From: Truepera sp.
GTDB lineage: Bacteria > Deinococcota > Deinococci > Deinococcales > Trueperaceae
Assembly (NCBI GenBank): GCA_965218435.1
Contig: CBDCKW010000009.1
Location: forward strand, 1,920,001 to 1,984,000
Direction: 5' to 3'
DNA: 64,000 bases
The notes beneath the pieces are model-generated. The model saw nothing but the letters and a program-made list of their open reading frames with translations. It was not told the DNA's origin and ran no database searches. Positions 27,246 through 36,774 of this stretch are shown piece by piece; position 1 is the first letter of the stretch; each line of letters starts with the position of its first letter. The position numbers and the translations under genes were made by a program.

Positions 27246-28349
27246 ATGAGCGCGACCGCCACCGAAACCGTCACCCCACCCACGGCTGAACTTGAAGGGG
27301 CCGTCAGACAGGCGCAGCTCCGCTACGTTTCTGATCACGAACCAGGACTAGGCCGTAAACGCGCGGGTAAGGGCTTTTCTTACGTCGGCTTAGACGGTAA
27401 ACGCATTACCGACAAGGCGGTGCGTAAGCGGCTCGAGTCTCTCGTTATCCCCCCGGCTTGGGAAAACGTGTGGATTTGTTCCGATGAGCACGGCCATATT
27501 CAGGCGACGGGCCGCGACGAGCGCGGTCGTAAACAGTACCTCTATCACGAGGAGTGGCACCGCGTCAGGGACACCGCCAAGTTCGACCGGATGTTGGGCT
27601 TCGGCAAGCTCTTGCCGGGGATACGTGAGCGGGTCAAGCAGGATTTGGCGCTGCGGGGACTGCCTAAAAACAAAGTGCTCGCCGCCGTCGTGCAGCTCTT
27701 AGAAACAACCCTGATCCGCGTCGGCAACGCCACCTACGCCAAAGAAAACGGCTCTTACGGCCTCACTACCATCCGCAAAAAACACGCCCACGTCTCCGGC
27801 AACACCGTCGAGTTCGAGTTTACGGGCAAAAGCGGCAAGGAATGGGACATTGAGCTTCGTGACAAAAAAATCGCGCAGATCGTCAAAAAATGCGCGGAAC
27901 TGCCGGGCTACGAGTTATTCAAGTATTACGACGATGACGGCAAGTTGCAAGACTTGGACTCCGGCGACGTGAACGCGTACCTTAAGGAAATCACCGGCGA
28001 AGATATCAGTGCCAAAGATTTTCGCACCTGGGCCGGAACGGTGCTAGCGACCTTTACGCTGACCGGCTTGGAGCAGTTCCAAACGAAGACGCAGGCGACG
28101 AAAAATGTCACGGCGGCGATTAAAGAGGTGTCTAAAAAGCTCGGCAATACCCCGGCCGTGTGCCGTAAAAGCTACGTGCATCCGGGCGTCATTGACTGCT
28201 ATCTGGACGGCTCGCTGACCAAACTGGCCGAGGTTCGTCAGACGGTCTCGAGTTCACTTCCCGAAGGGCTCCGGGTCGAAGAGGTCGCGGTGCTGGAGTT
28301 TCTCGAGGCGCGTGAGGCGTTGGAAAAGCGTTCTGCCGCTAAAAAGTAA
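27246..28349 (+). CDS. DNA topoisomerase IB (poxvirus-like)
   Basis: IPPAW, GRKQYLY, IRVGN, GKSG, AKDFRTW, LGNTPAVCRKSY. Confidence 0.93.
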   Translation: MSATATETVTPPTAELEGAVRQAQLRYVSDHEPGLGRKRAGKGFSYVGLDGKRITDKAVRKRLESLVIPPAWENVWICSDEHGHIQATGRDERGRKQYLYHEEWHRVRDTAKFDRMLGFGKLLPGIRERVKQDLALRGLPKNKVLAAVVQLLETTLIRVGNATYAKENGSYGLTTIRKKHAHVSGNTVEFEFTGKSGKEWDIELRDKKIAQIVKKCAELPGYELFKYYDDDGKLQDLDSGDVNAYLKEITGEDISAKDFRTWAGTVLATFTLTGLEQFQTKTQATKNVTAAIKEVSKKLGNTPAVCRKSYVHPGVIDCYLDGSLTKLAEVRQTVSSSLPEGLRVEEVAVLEFLEAREALEKRSAAKK

Positions 28350-28480
28350 AAAGTGCCATAAATCCGGCTTTTACGGCGAGAAATTACGGCAAAAAAATCA
28401 TAACGAGAAAAGGGGCAGGCTCGCCGTAAAAAGCTCGGCAGCTCTCTTTATCACTACAAAGCTAGCTCTATACTCCGGCT

Positions 28481-28708
28481 ATGACCAGCAACCTACACCC
28501 TTCAGATCAGAGTGAGCTTGTGCTTAGAGCTATCTCGCTTCTCCTCACTGACCTCTGCGTCACCCGTTTCGACCTGCTGCTACTTTCACGCGACCCTTTA
28601 GAAGCGGCGCAAGAGGTGATTGACAGCCTTGACCGCTACGATTTTTTAGGCGGCTTAGCGTCAGAAGCCGGTTATCAAGACCTCAAAAAGCAGGTTGAGA
28701 GCAGTTAG
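28481..28708 (+). CDS. Small hypothetical protein
   Basis: 75-aa ORF with TATACT 6 nt before the ATG. Confidence 0.55.
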   Translation: MTSNLHPSDQSELVLRAISLLLTDLCVTRFDLLLLSRDPLEAAQEVIDSLDRYDFLGGLASEAGYQDLKKQVESS

Positions 28709-28775
28709 TGATAGAGCGGACGCGGTCATCCGGGAGCAAAATCCTCGGTAGAATCCACTTAACTCAGTTCATCCC

Positions 28776-29240
28776 TCAAACTTTTAAGGGTGGGCCTACC
28801 AGCTCCATCCCATGAGCGTGCCATAACGCTGGGTCTTGCGGCGGCATGGCGTCGTCTTTAGTCACTTCACGAAAAAACGCTTCCATCTTGCCTGCGGGAC
28901 TAAACGTGATTAGAATGCGCCCTTGACTGTTCCCAACAAACGCCCAGACGTGTGGTACCTGGCGCGGTGCAAAAAGCGAATCACCCGGACGGAGCCGGAA
29001 ACTTTTACTACCGACCTCGAGCCAAAATTCGCCTTCGAGCGCGTAGAAATACTCGTCTTGTTCCGTGTGCAGGTGCCGCGCCGGGCCGCCTTTGGCGTGA
29101 AAGATGTTTTCTAAAACTAGCAGACCGCTACTGTCTTTTGGAAGCACCTTGAAGTCGATATGGCTGACCCCGAGCCCACGGTATTCACTAAAGCAGTCTT
29201 GACCTGCTGAGATGTAAGAGGCCGCAGATAAATCGTTCAT
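28776..29240 (-). CDS. Cupin domain protein (quercetinase-like)
   Basis: GPARHLHTEQDE, PRQVPH, SPAGKMEAFF. Confidence 0.85.
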   Translation of the reverse strand: MNDLSAASYISAGQDCFSEYRGLGVSHIDFKVLPKDSSGLLVLENIFHAKGGPARHLHTEQDEYFYALEGEFWLEVGSKSFRLRPGDSLFAPRQVPHVWAFVGNSQGRILITFSPAGKMEAFFREVTKDDAMPPQDPALWHAHGMELVGPPLKV

Positions 29241-29302
29241 AGAGTCCTCCCCTAAAGTTATGCACCAACCGAGTAACGTTTGGATGGCTTGAGCATAGTC
29301 TT

Positions 29303-30280
29303 TTAGCGGCGTGTGGCGCTGCTTACGATTTTATCTCTGGACGTAGCACGCTCTGCACGCTCAGCGAGGGTTTGAAAAGCTTGAACGAGTTCAGGCGGGG
29401 TTTTAACCTCGAGCCCACATCCTAGATAGAGCAGCGTCACCGCAAACTCGTCTAAGTTTGTGACGCCGCAGCGTAGCCGCGTCCCGCCCCGCTCGGGTTC
29501 CAAAATCGCCCGCGCCCCTATGCGCCGCCGCACCGTTTCCGGTGGTGCGCCGAGCCACACCGAAACCTCCCACGGCGCAGGCGCAAAGGCGATACTCTCA
29601 CGGAGAAACGCGGCCATCTCAAATTCTTCAGGACGTACAAACGTTTCTTTTAGTACCGTCACAGCTTTTATGCGGTCAACCCGAAAGAGCCGCAAGTCTT
29701 GGCGTAAAAGGCAGTGACCACCTAAAAACCAGCGCCCGCTGTGCTGCATCAGGCCGTAGGGCTCTAGCTCGCGTTCACTTGCCGCTCGGCCCTGCGCCCG
29801 GTAACTCAGCCGAATCCGTTTACGAGAATGTACCGCGCTCGCCAACCGTGTCAATAAAGCGATGTCTGCTGCTGCGACCCAACCCGGACGCTCGAGCTCG
29901 AGCACCGCCCGGAGCGCCTCGACTTGTTCGCTTACCGCTTCGGGCAAGACCCGCGCTAGCTTCGCCTTGACGCTCGCCGCAGCCGGGGCCGTCTCACTGA
30001 GGCCCAAAAAAACGAGCGCGTCGAGCCCAAGGGCAACCGCGAACGCCTCTTCCGTGCCGAACATCAGCGGGGGTAAGCGAAATCCCGGTTTGAGCCGGTA
30101 ACAGCCACCCGGCCCCCGGCTGCTTGCCACCGGAATCCCCAAGTCTTGCAGCCGCGCCACATAACGCTGCACCGTCCGCACACTGACCTCCATGTGCGCT
30201 GCCAGCTCACCGCCCGACAACCGCCCGTGTGTTTGGAGCAGCTCGAGCACCGTCAGGACGCGCATTGATGGGTCATACAT
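29303..30280 (-). CDS. YafY-type HTH-WYL transcriptional regulator
   Basis: VSVRTVQRY HTH, RLPPLMF, PYGL, WFLGGHC, FRVDRI. Confidence 0.92.
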   Translation of the reverse strand: MYDPSMRVLTVLELLQTHGRLSGGELAAHMEVSVRTVQRYVARLQDLGIPVASSRGPGGCYRLKPGFRLPPLMFGTEEAFAVALGLDALVFLGLSETAPAAASVKAKLARVLPEAVSEQVEALRAVLELERPGWVAAADIALLTRLASAVHSRKRIRLSYRAQGRAASERELEPYGLMQHSGRWFLGGHCLLRQDLRLFRVDRIKAVTVLKETFVRPEEFEMAAFLRESIAFAPAPWEVSVWLGAPPETVRRRIGARAILEPERGGTRLRCGVTNLDEFAVTLLYLGCGLEVKTPPELVQAFQTLAERAERATSRDKIVSSATRR

Positions 30281-30300
30281 AGAACTAGTGTGCCACAAAA

Positions 30301-30335
30301 TCCCGACAAGCTCTGACGGGAACTCGCGCTAGACT
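30301..30335 (+). promoter_or_regulatory. Putative WYL operator and -10 element of the DinB-family gene
   Basis: TCCCGACA-N5-TGACGGGA inverted repeat; TGACGG-N10-TAGACT. Confidence 0.65.
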
Positions 30336-30379
30336 TGCCTTAGAGCCGGATATAGCAAAGAAGGCTCGCGGAGGCAACC

Positions 30380-30877
30380 ATGACTAGTCAAACCGAAGCA
30401 GAAACTTTTATTACGGCAGATGCACTTTTAGCACATTGGGAAGGCCACCGCCGGTTGACACGGCGCGTTATCGAAGCCTACCCGGAAGACCAGCTCTTTT
30501 CGTTTCAACCCGCGCCGCCGATGCGGAGTTTTGGTGTCTTAGTGCTCGAGATAGACGGCATGGTCGCGCCGACGCTAAACGGCCTGGCCACCGGAACCTG
30601 GGAAGCACCCGATTGGGCCGCGCTGAAAGCACAAGCAGAGCCGACCAAAACCGAGCTGTTAAAGCTTTGGGACGATACAAGCGAGGTGCTTCGCAGCCAC
30701 TGGTCAGAGATTCCGACGAGCACCTTTCAGGAGACGCATAACGCTTTTGGGTACATGACGATGCCGGGGAATGAGCTGATTTTCTACCTTATAGATAATG
30801 AGATTCATCACCGGGGACAGGGGTACGTGTATCTGCGGCTGTTGGGGATAGAGCCGCCTGCGTTTTACGAACGGTAA
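30380..30877 (+). CDS. DinB/YfiT superfamily protein
   Basis: HWEGHRRLTRR, DNEIHHRGQGYVYLR. Confidence 0.9.
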   Translation: MTSQTEAETFITADALLAHWEGHRRLTRRVIEAYPEDQLFSFQPAPPMRSFGVLVLEIDGMVAPTLNGLATGTWEAPDWAALKAQAEPTKTELLKLWDDTSEVLRSHWSEIPTSTFQETHNAFGYMTMPGNELIFYLIDNEIHHRGQGYVYLRLLGIEPPAFYER

Positions 30878-30953
30878 GGCAGAAGCCGGTATCAAGCAGT
30901 AAGAATGCAGGAGGGTTTAGGTTATTCCGCCTTCTGTATTCTCCCTTCTCAGC

Positions 30954-32120
30954 TTATTGCCCTCCCCCGAACGGCCCCCGAAACGGCTTCAACTTCGTAT
31001 TTTTGTCCGTCTTGCCGTAAGGGTAGCGGTCGTAGTTGGTCAGCTCAACGTAACCGACGCCCGGTCTCGAGCCCTCGACCTCAACCGAGCCCTCCCAATA
31101 GACGATGCCGGTTGACGCCCGCGTATCCATCTCTTGTGCGGGAAAGTCGGGCGTTACGGTGACGTCAACGCCGTTTTTAGGTACCTGGACGCGCCACTGC
31201 ATAGGGTAAACCCCACCCGTCGCCGGACTCGTCCAAGTTTTGCCGGTCGGTATCAAGGTGATATCTTTGGCCGCTAAATGGAGCGTCTGTCCGTCACGGT
31301 TGACGAAGCTCCCGGCCTGCGTCAGATAGGTGCCGTCAGCGGCGCGGATGAAGTAGAGCATCAGCTCGGTCTGGTCGGCAAACTGCACGCTGAACCAGTC
31401 CCATCCCGCGTAGCTCGAGACGTTAAAGTTACCCCACTGGTGGTCGTGCCACATCTCTCCTGTAACCTTGAGCGTTTGGCAACCCAAGTCCAAAAAGCCG
31501 CAGTTTTTAGAGAGTGTCCCCGTGACCTTCATCCGCGTGTACGACACGTAATAGCTCGTCCCACCCGGTCCCATAGACTGAATTCCCGGCGGGTTGCCGT
31601 GCAAAGCGGCGGGTTTTTCCGGCGTCAGGGTGAGGTCAACTTTGTACCCGTCTTGTGACGCTTGGAGGTGATGGCTCACGCCGTCGTCGGCACGCTCGGC
31701 GGACCAGTTGGCGACGCGCACGCCGAGGTCATCTTTGGACGATTCGCCGGTATACGCCCAAAAATCGGTACGCTCCCCCATCGTAAAGGTTTTGGTGTCA
31801 AGATCGCTGATGGCGAAGTGGCCGACGTAGCCGCGGTCTACGGTATCAGACACCGGATAGACGCCGAAAAGTTTAATCGAAGGCGGGATAAACGCTTTGA
31901 AAAAGGTCAGCTCGAGCCCCAGCTTCTCCCCTGTTTCGGTCCGCAGATGCCCGGTGTAGTACCACCATTCGATGGGCGCGTCGTGCGCCGCGTCGTCTTT
32001 GGGCAGCGTGACCGGCTCGACTGGGTAGGGCGTATCGTAGACAGAAGGCGCACAGGCGCTGAGGGTAACGAGCAGCACCGAACAAAGAGATAGAAGAGAG
32101 TGTAGACGCAAACGGTTCAT
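30954..32120 (-). CDS. Lipocalin-like CrtC/AttH family lipoprotein
   Basis: LSAC lipobox, EWWYYTG, SYYVSY, WHDHQWG, GWDWF, YWEG. Confidence 0.85.
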   Translation of the reverse strand: MNRLRLHSLLSLCSVLLVTLSACAPSVYDTPYPVEPVTLPKDDAAHDAPIEWWYYTGHLRTETGEKLGLELTFFKAFIPPSIKLFGVYPVSDTVDRGYVGHFAISDLDTKTFTMGERTDFWAYTGESSKDDLGVRVANWSAERADDGVSHHLQASQDGYKVDLTLTPEKPAALHGNPPGIQSMGPGGTSYYVSYTRMKVTGTLSKNCGFLDLGCQTLKVTGEMWHDHQWGNFNVSSYAGWDWFSVQFADQTELMLYFIRAADGTYLTQAGSFVNRDGQTLHLAAKDITLIPTGKTWTSPATGGVYPMQWRVQVPKNGVDVTVTPDFPAQEMDTRASTGIVYWEGSVEVEGSRPGVGYVELTNYDRYPYGKTDKNTKLKPFRGPFGGGQ

Positions 32121-32204
32121 ACCCCAGCGTAAAAGAAACAGGCGCGGCAGGTCGTAACGCCCGGTTGCAAACCGTTCTCAGAAGGCCGGGCTATAGTAGA
32201 GGTT

Positions 32205-33056
32205 ATGCACAGAACGCACAGATTTCTACTTGTTTGCTCGAGTCTCATTTTGGCCAGCGCGTTGGCTCAACCCGCACCCAAAGCTGCCCCTGAAATCCCG
32301 GAGGGCTATACCGCCGTCCCCTTTTTGTCGCAAAAGCCCGAGCGAGAGTTCTCTAAAGCTGACAAGGTACTAAAGCCGGATACAGATTACGCGGCGGTGC
32401 TGCAAACGAACAAAGGCACGCTGGTACTAGACCTGTTTGAAGATAAAGCTCCCCAAACCGTCAACAACTTCGTCTTTTTGGCGCTGCATCATTTTTACGA
32501 CGGCGTGGTTTTTCACCGGGTGTTAGACGGCTTTATGGCGCAGACCGGCGACCCGACCGGCACCGGGACGGGCGGCCCCGGTTACGCCTTTAACGATGAG
32601 ATTGCAGACGGCCTGAGCTTTGACAAGGCGGGCGTGGTGGCGATGGCGAACGCAGGACCTAACACCAACGGGTCACAGTTTTTTATCACCTTTGCGGCGG
32701 CTCCCTGGTTAGACGGCGGGTACTCGATCTTTGGCGCTTTGCTGAGTGGCGAGAACGTGCTCGGTAAGCTCGAGCGCATTGACCCGTCTTCAGCCGACCC
32801 CGCGCACATCTTTTCACCTGATGACGCACTCGCTAAAGTGCGAGCGGGCGGCGTCGCGCTACCCGAAAATGTGAAGGGAACGCTGAGGGCTTACCTCGAG
32901 CAACAGCTTGGAAGTATGCCCCAGGCCGGTGAACGTTTCGAGGTCGGCGGCTATACTGGCGTGGTTGGTCGGCAGGGCAGCGAAACGCTGGTCGGCTTTT
33001 ACGCGAAACCCGACGTGATGAAAGCTGTGACTATCGTCGAAAAACCCACGCCATAA
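32205..33056 (+). CDS. Exported cyclophilin-type PPIase with a C-terminal insertion
   Basis: Signal peptide, FHRV, QTGDP, MANAGPNTNGSQFF. Confidence 0.9.
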   Translation: MHRTHRFLLVCSSLILASALAQPAPKAAPEIPEGYTAVPFLSQKPEREFSKADKVLKPDTDYAAVLQTNKGTLVLDLFEDKAPQTVNNFVFLALHHFYDGVVFHRVLDGFMAQTGDPTGTGTGGPGYAFNDEIADGLSFDKAGVVAMANAGPNTNGSQFFITFAAAPWLDGGYSIFGALLSGENVLGKLERIDPSSADPAHIFSPDDALAKVRAGGVALPENVKGTLRAYLEQQLGSMPQAGERFEVGGYTGVVGRQGSETLVGFYAKPDVMKAVTIVEKPTP

Positions 33057-33082
33057 ATTAATTTACGTTGTAAGGAGTGAAT

Positions 33083-33646
33083 ATGGACAATACCCAAACA
33101 GGCTACGTCGAGGCTGAACCCTTAAGCCAGGAACGCAAACCCAAGTTTAGCAAACCCGAACAGGTTTTGGAGTCGGGCAAAGATTACCGCGCTGTGATCG
33201 AAACGAACAAGGGCCGGATCGTCGTTGATCTGTTTCAAGACGACGCGCCCGAAACGGTCAACAACTTCGTCTTTTTGGCCCGCAACGGTTACTACGACGG
33301 CATCGTCTTTCATAGGGTGCTCGAGGACTTTATGGCGCAAACCGGCGACCCGACGGGTTCGGGGCGCGGCGGACCGGGCTACGAATTCGGGGATGAGACC
33401 GATAACGGCCGCTCACATACGGGTAAGGGCGTCTTGTCAATGGCCAACGCCGGACCCGGTACCAACGGGTCGCAGTTCTTTCTGACCTTCATCCCAACGC
33501 CGTGGTTAGACGGTAAACACACCGTCTTTGGTCAAGTGATTGATGGCTTAGACGTGTTGGATAAGCTGCAACGTATCGACCCGATGCGCCCGTCCGGAAC
33601 GAAACCTGACGTGATGGAGCGCGTGACGATTTTAGAGCGCGCCTGA
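33083..33646 (+). CDS. Cytoplasmic cyclophilin-type PPIase
   Basis: [26 protein letters not shown] ribosome-binding site. Confidence 0.93.
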   Translation: MDNTQTGYVEAEPLSQERKPKFSKPEQVLESGKDYRAVIETNKGRIVVDLFQDDAPETVNNFVFLARNGYYDGIVFHRVLEDFMAQTGDPTGSGRGGPGYEFGDETDNGRSHTGKGVLSMANAGPGTNGSQFFLTFIPTPWLDGKHTVFGQVIDGLDVLDKLQRIDPMRPSGTKPDVMERVTILERA

Positions 33647-33651
33647 ACACC

Positions 33652-34152
33652 GTGCAGGTCGGGGGCGTCCACTTTTACGAGCCGGGTACGCTACAAGACG
33701 GGCTGCTGACGCTCATCTTACGGCGCACCTATAAGGGGAGCCGCCCCCTCGGGCTGGCTCCTAACTACGCGTTTGCCATGACGCACGCCGAAACGGGCGC
33801 ACATATGGGCGACATTGATCTGCGGCTCAGCAACGAGCACTACATCACCCACTACGCGGGGCATATCGGGTACGGCGTTGACCGCCCCTACCGGGGTCAG
33901 CACTACGCGGCGCGGGCGTGCCGTTTACTTTTACCCCTTGCCAAAAAACACGGGCTCGAGCCCCTGTGGATCACCTGTGACCCCGACAACCTGGCTTCGC
34001 GTAAAACCTGTGAGGCTGTGGGCGCAACCCTTGAGGAGATCGTCTCGGTACCGCCCGGTAGCGACCTCTTTCGGCGCGGCGAACGGGAAAAGTGCCGCTA
34101 CCGCGTAGACCTCAGTACGGTTGCTTTAGATTCGGCTTTAGACGACGCTTAA
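33652..34152 (+). CDS. GNAT family acetyltransferase
   Basis: GHIGY, YRGQHYA, ITCDPDNLASRK. Confidence 0.85.
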   Translation: MQVGGVHFYEPGTLQDGLLTLILRRTYKGSRPLGLAPNYAFAMTHAETGAHMGDIDLRLSNEHYITHYAGHIGYGVDRPYRGQHYAARACRLLLPLAKKHGLEPLWITCDPDNLASRKTCEAVGATLEEIVSVPPGSDLFRRGEREKCRYRVDLSTVALDSALDDA

Positions 34153-34333
34153 ACGCTCCGCTAAGTTTTACCAGTTTTTCTAGCGGACAAAGCCGGTGTA
34201 CAGGAAAAAGTCGGTGCGGTGCCGCGGTCTCTACTTCGGTTGAACCGGGTCAAGTCACGTTCGGGCCAATGTGTAGGTCAGCACACACGCCCGCCTGCTT
34301 ATAGCAGCCTAGCCTTAACGCGGGAGGTTAACG

Positions 34334-34951
34334 GTGAAAATCGGGATTATCGGTGCAGGACATATCGGCAGCACTCTGGCAAAACTGTTTGCGGTTGCCG
34401 GGCATGAGGTCGCGCTCAGCAATTCGCGCGGCCCCGAAACGCTCTCAGAAACTGTGCTAGACATCGGCTACGGCGTGATTGCAGCGACCGCCGAAGAAGC
34501 GGCGACGTTTGGCGATGTGGCGCTCGAGGCCGTCCCCTTTGGTCATTACCAAGAGCTGCCTGCAGACGCGCTCACAGGTAAAGTCGTGATGAGCGCCTCG
34601 AACTACTACCCGGAACGCGACGGGGAGATTGACCTGCACGGCCTGACCCAAACGGGTTTGGTTGCCGAGCATCTTAAAGATTCAGCGGTTGTCAAGGCGT
34701 TTAACACGATCTTTTGGCAAGACCTGCGTGACCAAGGTGACGCCAGCAGACCGTTAGCTGAGCGCCGCGCTATCTTTATTGCTGGAGATGACGAGAACGC
34801 CAAGACGCTCGTCACTGAGCTGATCGAAGGGCTCGGTTTTGCGGCCGTAGCTACCGGCAGCTTGGCGGAGAGTGCGGTGCAAGAACCCGGTTCAGCGGTC
34901 TATACCAAAGACCTTACAGCGGCAGACGCCCGCGATATGCTCGAGCACTAA
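34334..34951 (+). CDS. NADPH-dependent F420 reductase family oxidoreductase
   Basis: GAGHIG, SNSRGPE, NYYPERDG, VVKAFNT. Confidence 0.88.
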   Translation: MKIGIIGAGHIGSTLAKLFAVAGHEVALSNSRGPETLSETVLDIGYGVIAATAEEAATFGDVALEAVPFGHYQELPADALTGKVVMSASNYYPERDGEIDLHGLTQTGLVAEHLKDSAVVKAFNTIFWQDLRDQGDASRPLAERRAIFIAGDDENAKTLVTELIEGLGFAAVATGSLAESAVQEPGSAVYTKDLTAADARDMLEH

Positions 34952-34993
34952 AGTGATGCGGCGTACGCTGCTACCGAAGGGTTAAGCTGCAGT

Positions 34994-35983
34994 GTGAGTG
35001 ACATAAAGACCGTCCCAACGCGTAGACCTCAAGGAGCCCCCGGCGAGCTCCCACCGGACGCGAGTTCCAAGCCAAACCCTGACCTCGGCTTCGGGACGGT
35101 GGTCTCACGAAGAAGTCGCAACCGGCTCCTCAACCGCGACGGCAGCTTTAACGTCCGGCGCGAAGGGCTCGGACCGGCGTCGGCGCTGAGCCCGTACTAC
35201 TCCCTCCTGACGATGCCGTGGTGGGGGTTTTTTCTGGTCGTTTCGCTGTCGTACTTGCTAATTAATATCTTGTTCGCCGCCGCCTACGTCTTATCTGGCC
35301 CCGGTGCGCTCAGCCATATCGGGGCTAGAGCGCCGGGAGGCGTGTTCGTTCAGGCGTTTTTCTTTAGTGTGCAGACGTTCGGCTCGATCGGTTACGGCCG
35401 TATCGCGCCGCTGAGTTTGGCCGCCAACTGGCTCGTTGTACTCGAGGCGCTGGCCGGACTTTTCGGTCTGGCCCTCGCTACCGGCATCATCTTCGCCCGT
35501 TTTTCGCGGCCTACTGCCAAGATCATCTTTAGTCGTCAAGCCGTCGTCGCGCCCTACCACGGCGCGACCGGCTTTATGTTTCAGGTTGTCAATCCGCGCC
35601 GCAGCCAGCTGATCCGGCTGAACGCCGAGGTGACCTTGAGCGTTTTTAACCCGGAAGAAAAAAGTCGCGACTTTTATCCGCTAAAGCTCGAGCGCGATCA
35701 GGTGACCTTTTTTCCGCTGACTTGGACCGTCGTCCATCCGATTGATCAGGAGAGCCCACTATACGGCCTGAGCGACGCTGACTTACACGGGCTGAACGCC
35801 GAGTTTCTCGTCTTGCTGACCGGATTTGACGAGACTTTTTCGCAAACCGTTCACGTGCGCTCTTCTTATATCGCTAAAGAGGTCGTTTGGAACGCCAAAT
35901 TTACCAGTGTTTTTAACACCGAGCAAAAAGATGGACAGGTGACTATCGATGTCAGAAAGCTTAACGAACTCGAGCGGCTTTAG
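34994..35983 (+). CDS. Inward-rectifier K+ channel (KirBac)
   Basis: FFFSVQT..SIGYG, FARFSRP, WTVVHPIDQESPLYG. Confidence 0.9.
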   Translation: MSDIKTVPTRRPQGAPGELPPDASSKPNPDLGFGTVVSRRSRNRLLNRDGSFNVRREGLGPASALSPYYSLLTMPWWGFFLVVSLSYLLINILFAAAYVLSGPGALSHIGARAPGGVFVQAFFFSVQTFGSIGYGRIAPLSLAANWLVVLEALAGLFGLALATGIIFARFSRPTAKIIFSRQAVVAPYHGATGFMFQVVNPRRSQLIRLNAEVTLSVFNPEEKSRDFYPLKLERDQVTFFPLTWTVVHPIDQESPLYGLSDADLHGLNAEFLVLLTGFDETFSQTVHVRSSYIAKEVVWNAKFTSVFNTEQKDGQVTIDVRKLNELERL

Positions 35984-36226
35984 CTGATTGTAAATATAGA
36001 AATTGTGATGGACCAAAACCCTGCAAAGCCCCGGTACATAGCGGCTCCTAGCCGGGCCACAGGTTGTTTCAGAGCCTCAGTGGTAGGGGCGTCGCGGTCA
36101 ACGCTACAGTTCATGTCGTTGCTTTAGCCGCGCTGTCCCCAACGCTGAGCCCCACTGATTTACGATATTTTTGCAGGAGTACGTCAATTGAACCGTTTGC
36201 TGTTTCTGCTGAGCTGAAGTCCAACT

Positions 36227-36385
36227 GGTTGTGTTGACACTTACGCTTATCATCCTGCTTTAAGTACGTGAGAAACGCTGGTTTCGCTATCTAGCACCCA
36301 CTTTCCTACGCCTTGCGACTTCATGCTTACTTTCGTACTCCACGCTGCCAATAACTCTCGCTGAGTTTAGAAGGTCAACACAACC
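36227..36385. mobile_element. MITE family 1 copy (159 bp) with perfect 12-bp terminal inverted repeats
   Basis: GGTTGTGTTGAC...GTCAACACAACC(TAG). Confidence 0.8.
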
Positions 36386-36446
36386 TAGAAACAGTGCCGG
36401 ATACGCCCTGAAAAAGACGCTCTAGGCAGCCTTTTTACTAAAGTCG

Positions 36447-36648
36447 CTTAGTACACGACAAAAAATAGTTTTACGAATCTGAACGGGCTATTCAGCCCTC
36501 TGAAAAGTAGCGTTCATGTCCCCCGAGACTGCTGTTTAGGACGATGTTAAAAGTGATTTACCTGATTATGCAGACGAAAATCCTTTTTTCGGGCTTATAC
36601 AACAATCACGTTCTGGACAAGGTTTCTAAAGAATTGTCGTGTACTCGG
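36447..36648. mobile_element. MITE family 2 (202 bp) with a 9-bp target-site duplication
   Basis: CTAAAGTCG|CTTAGTACACGACAA...TTGTCGTGTACTCGG|CTAAAGTCG. Confidence 0.85.
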
Positions 36649-36774
36649 CTAAAGTCGTTAAACCCATCGCCTCGCTTCTTGCTCCGTTACAGCTATACCT
36701 CTGCTGTACCTCTTGTGTTACATTGACCCTACGATGTCTTTTCCCAAATATCAGACGACCCGGAGGAGCAAGGT

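Noticed and set aside
36544..36726. 60-aa ORF in the spacer
   Set aside because: Spans the MITE family 2 end; no transposase similarity recognisable.
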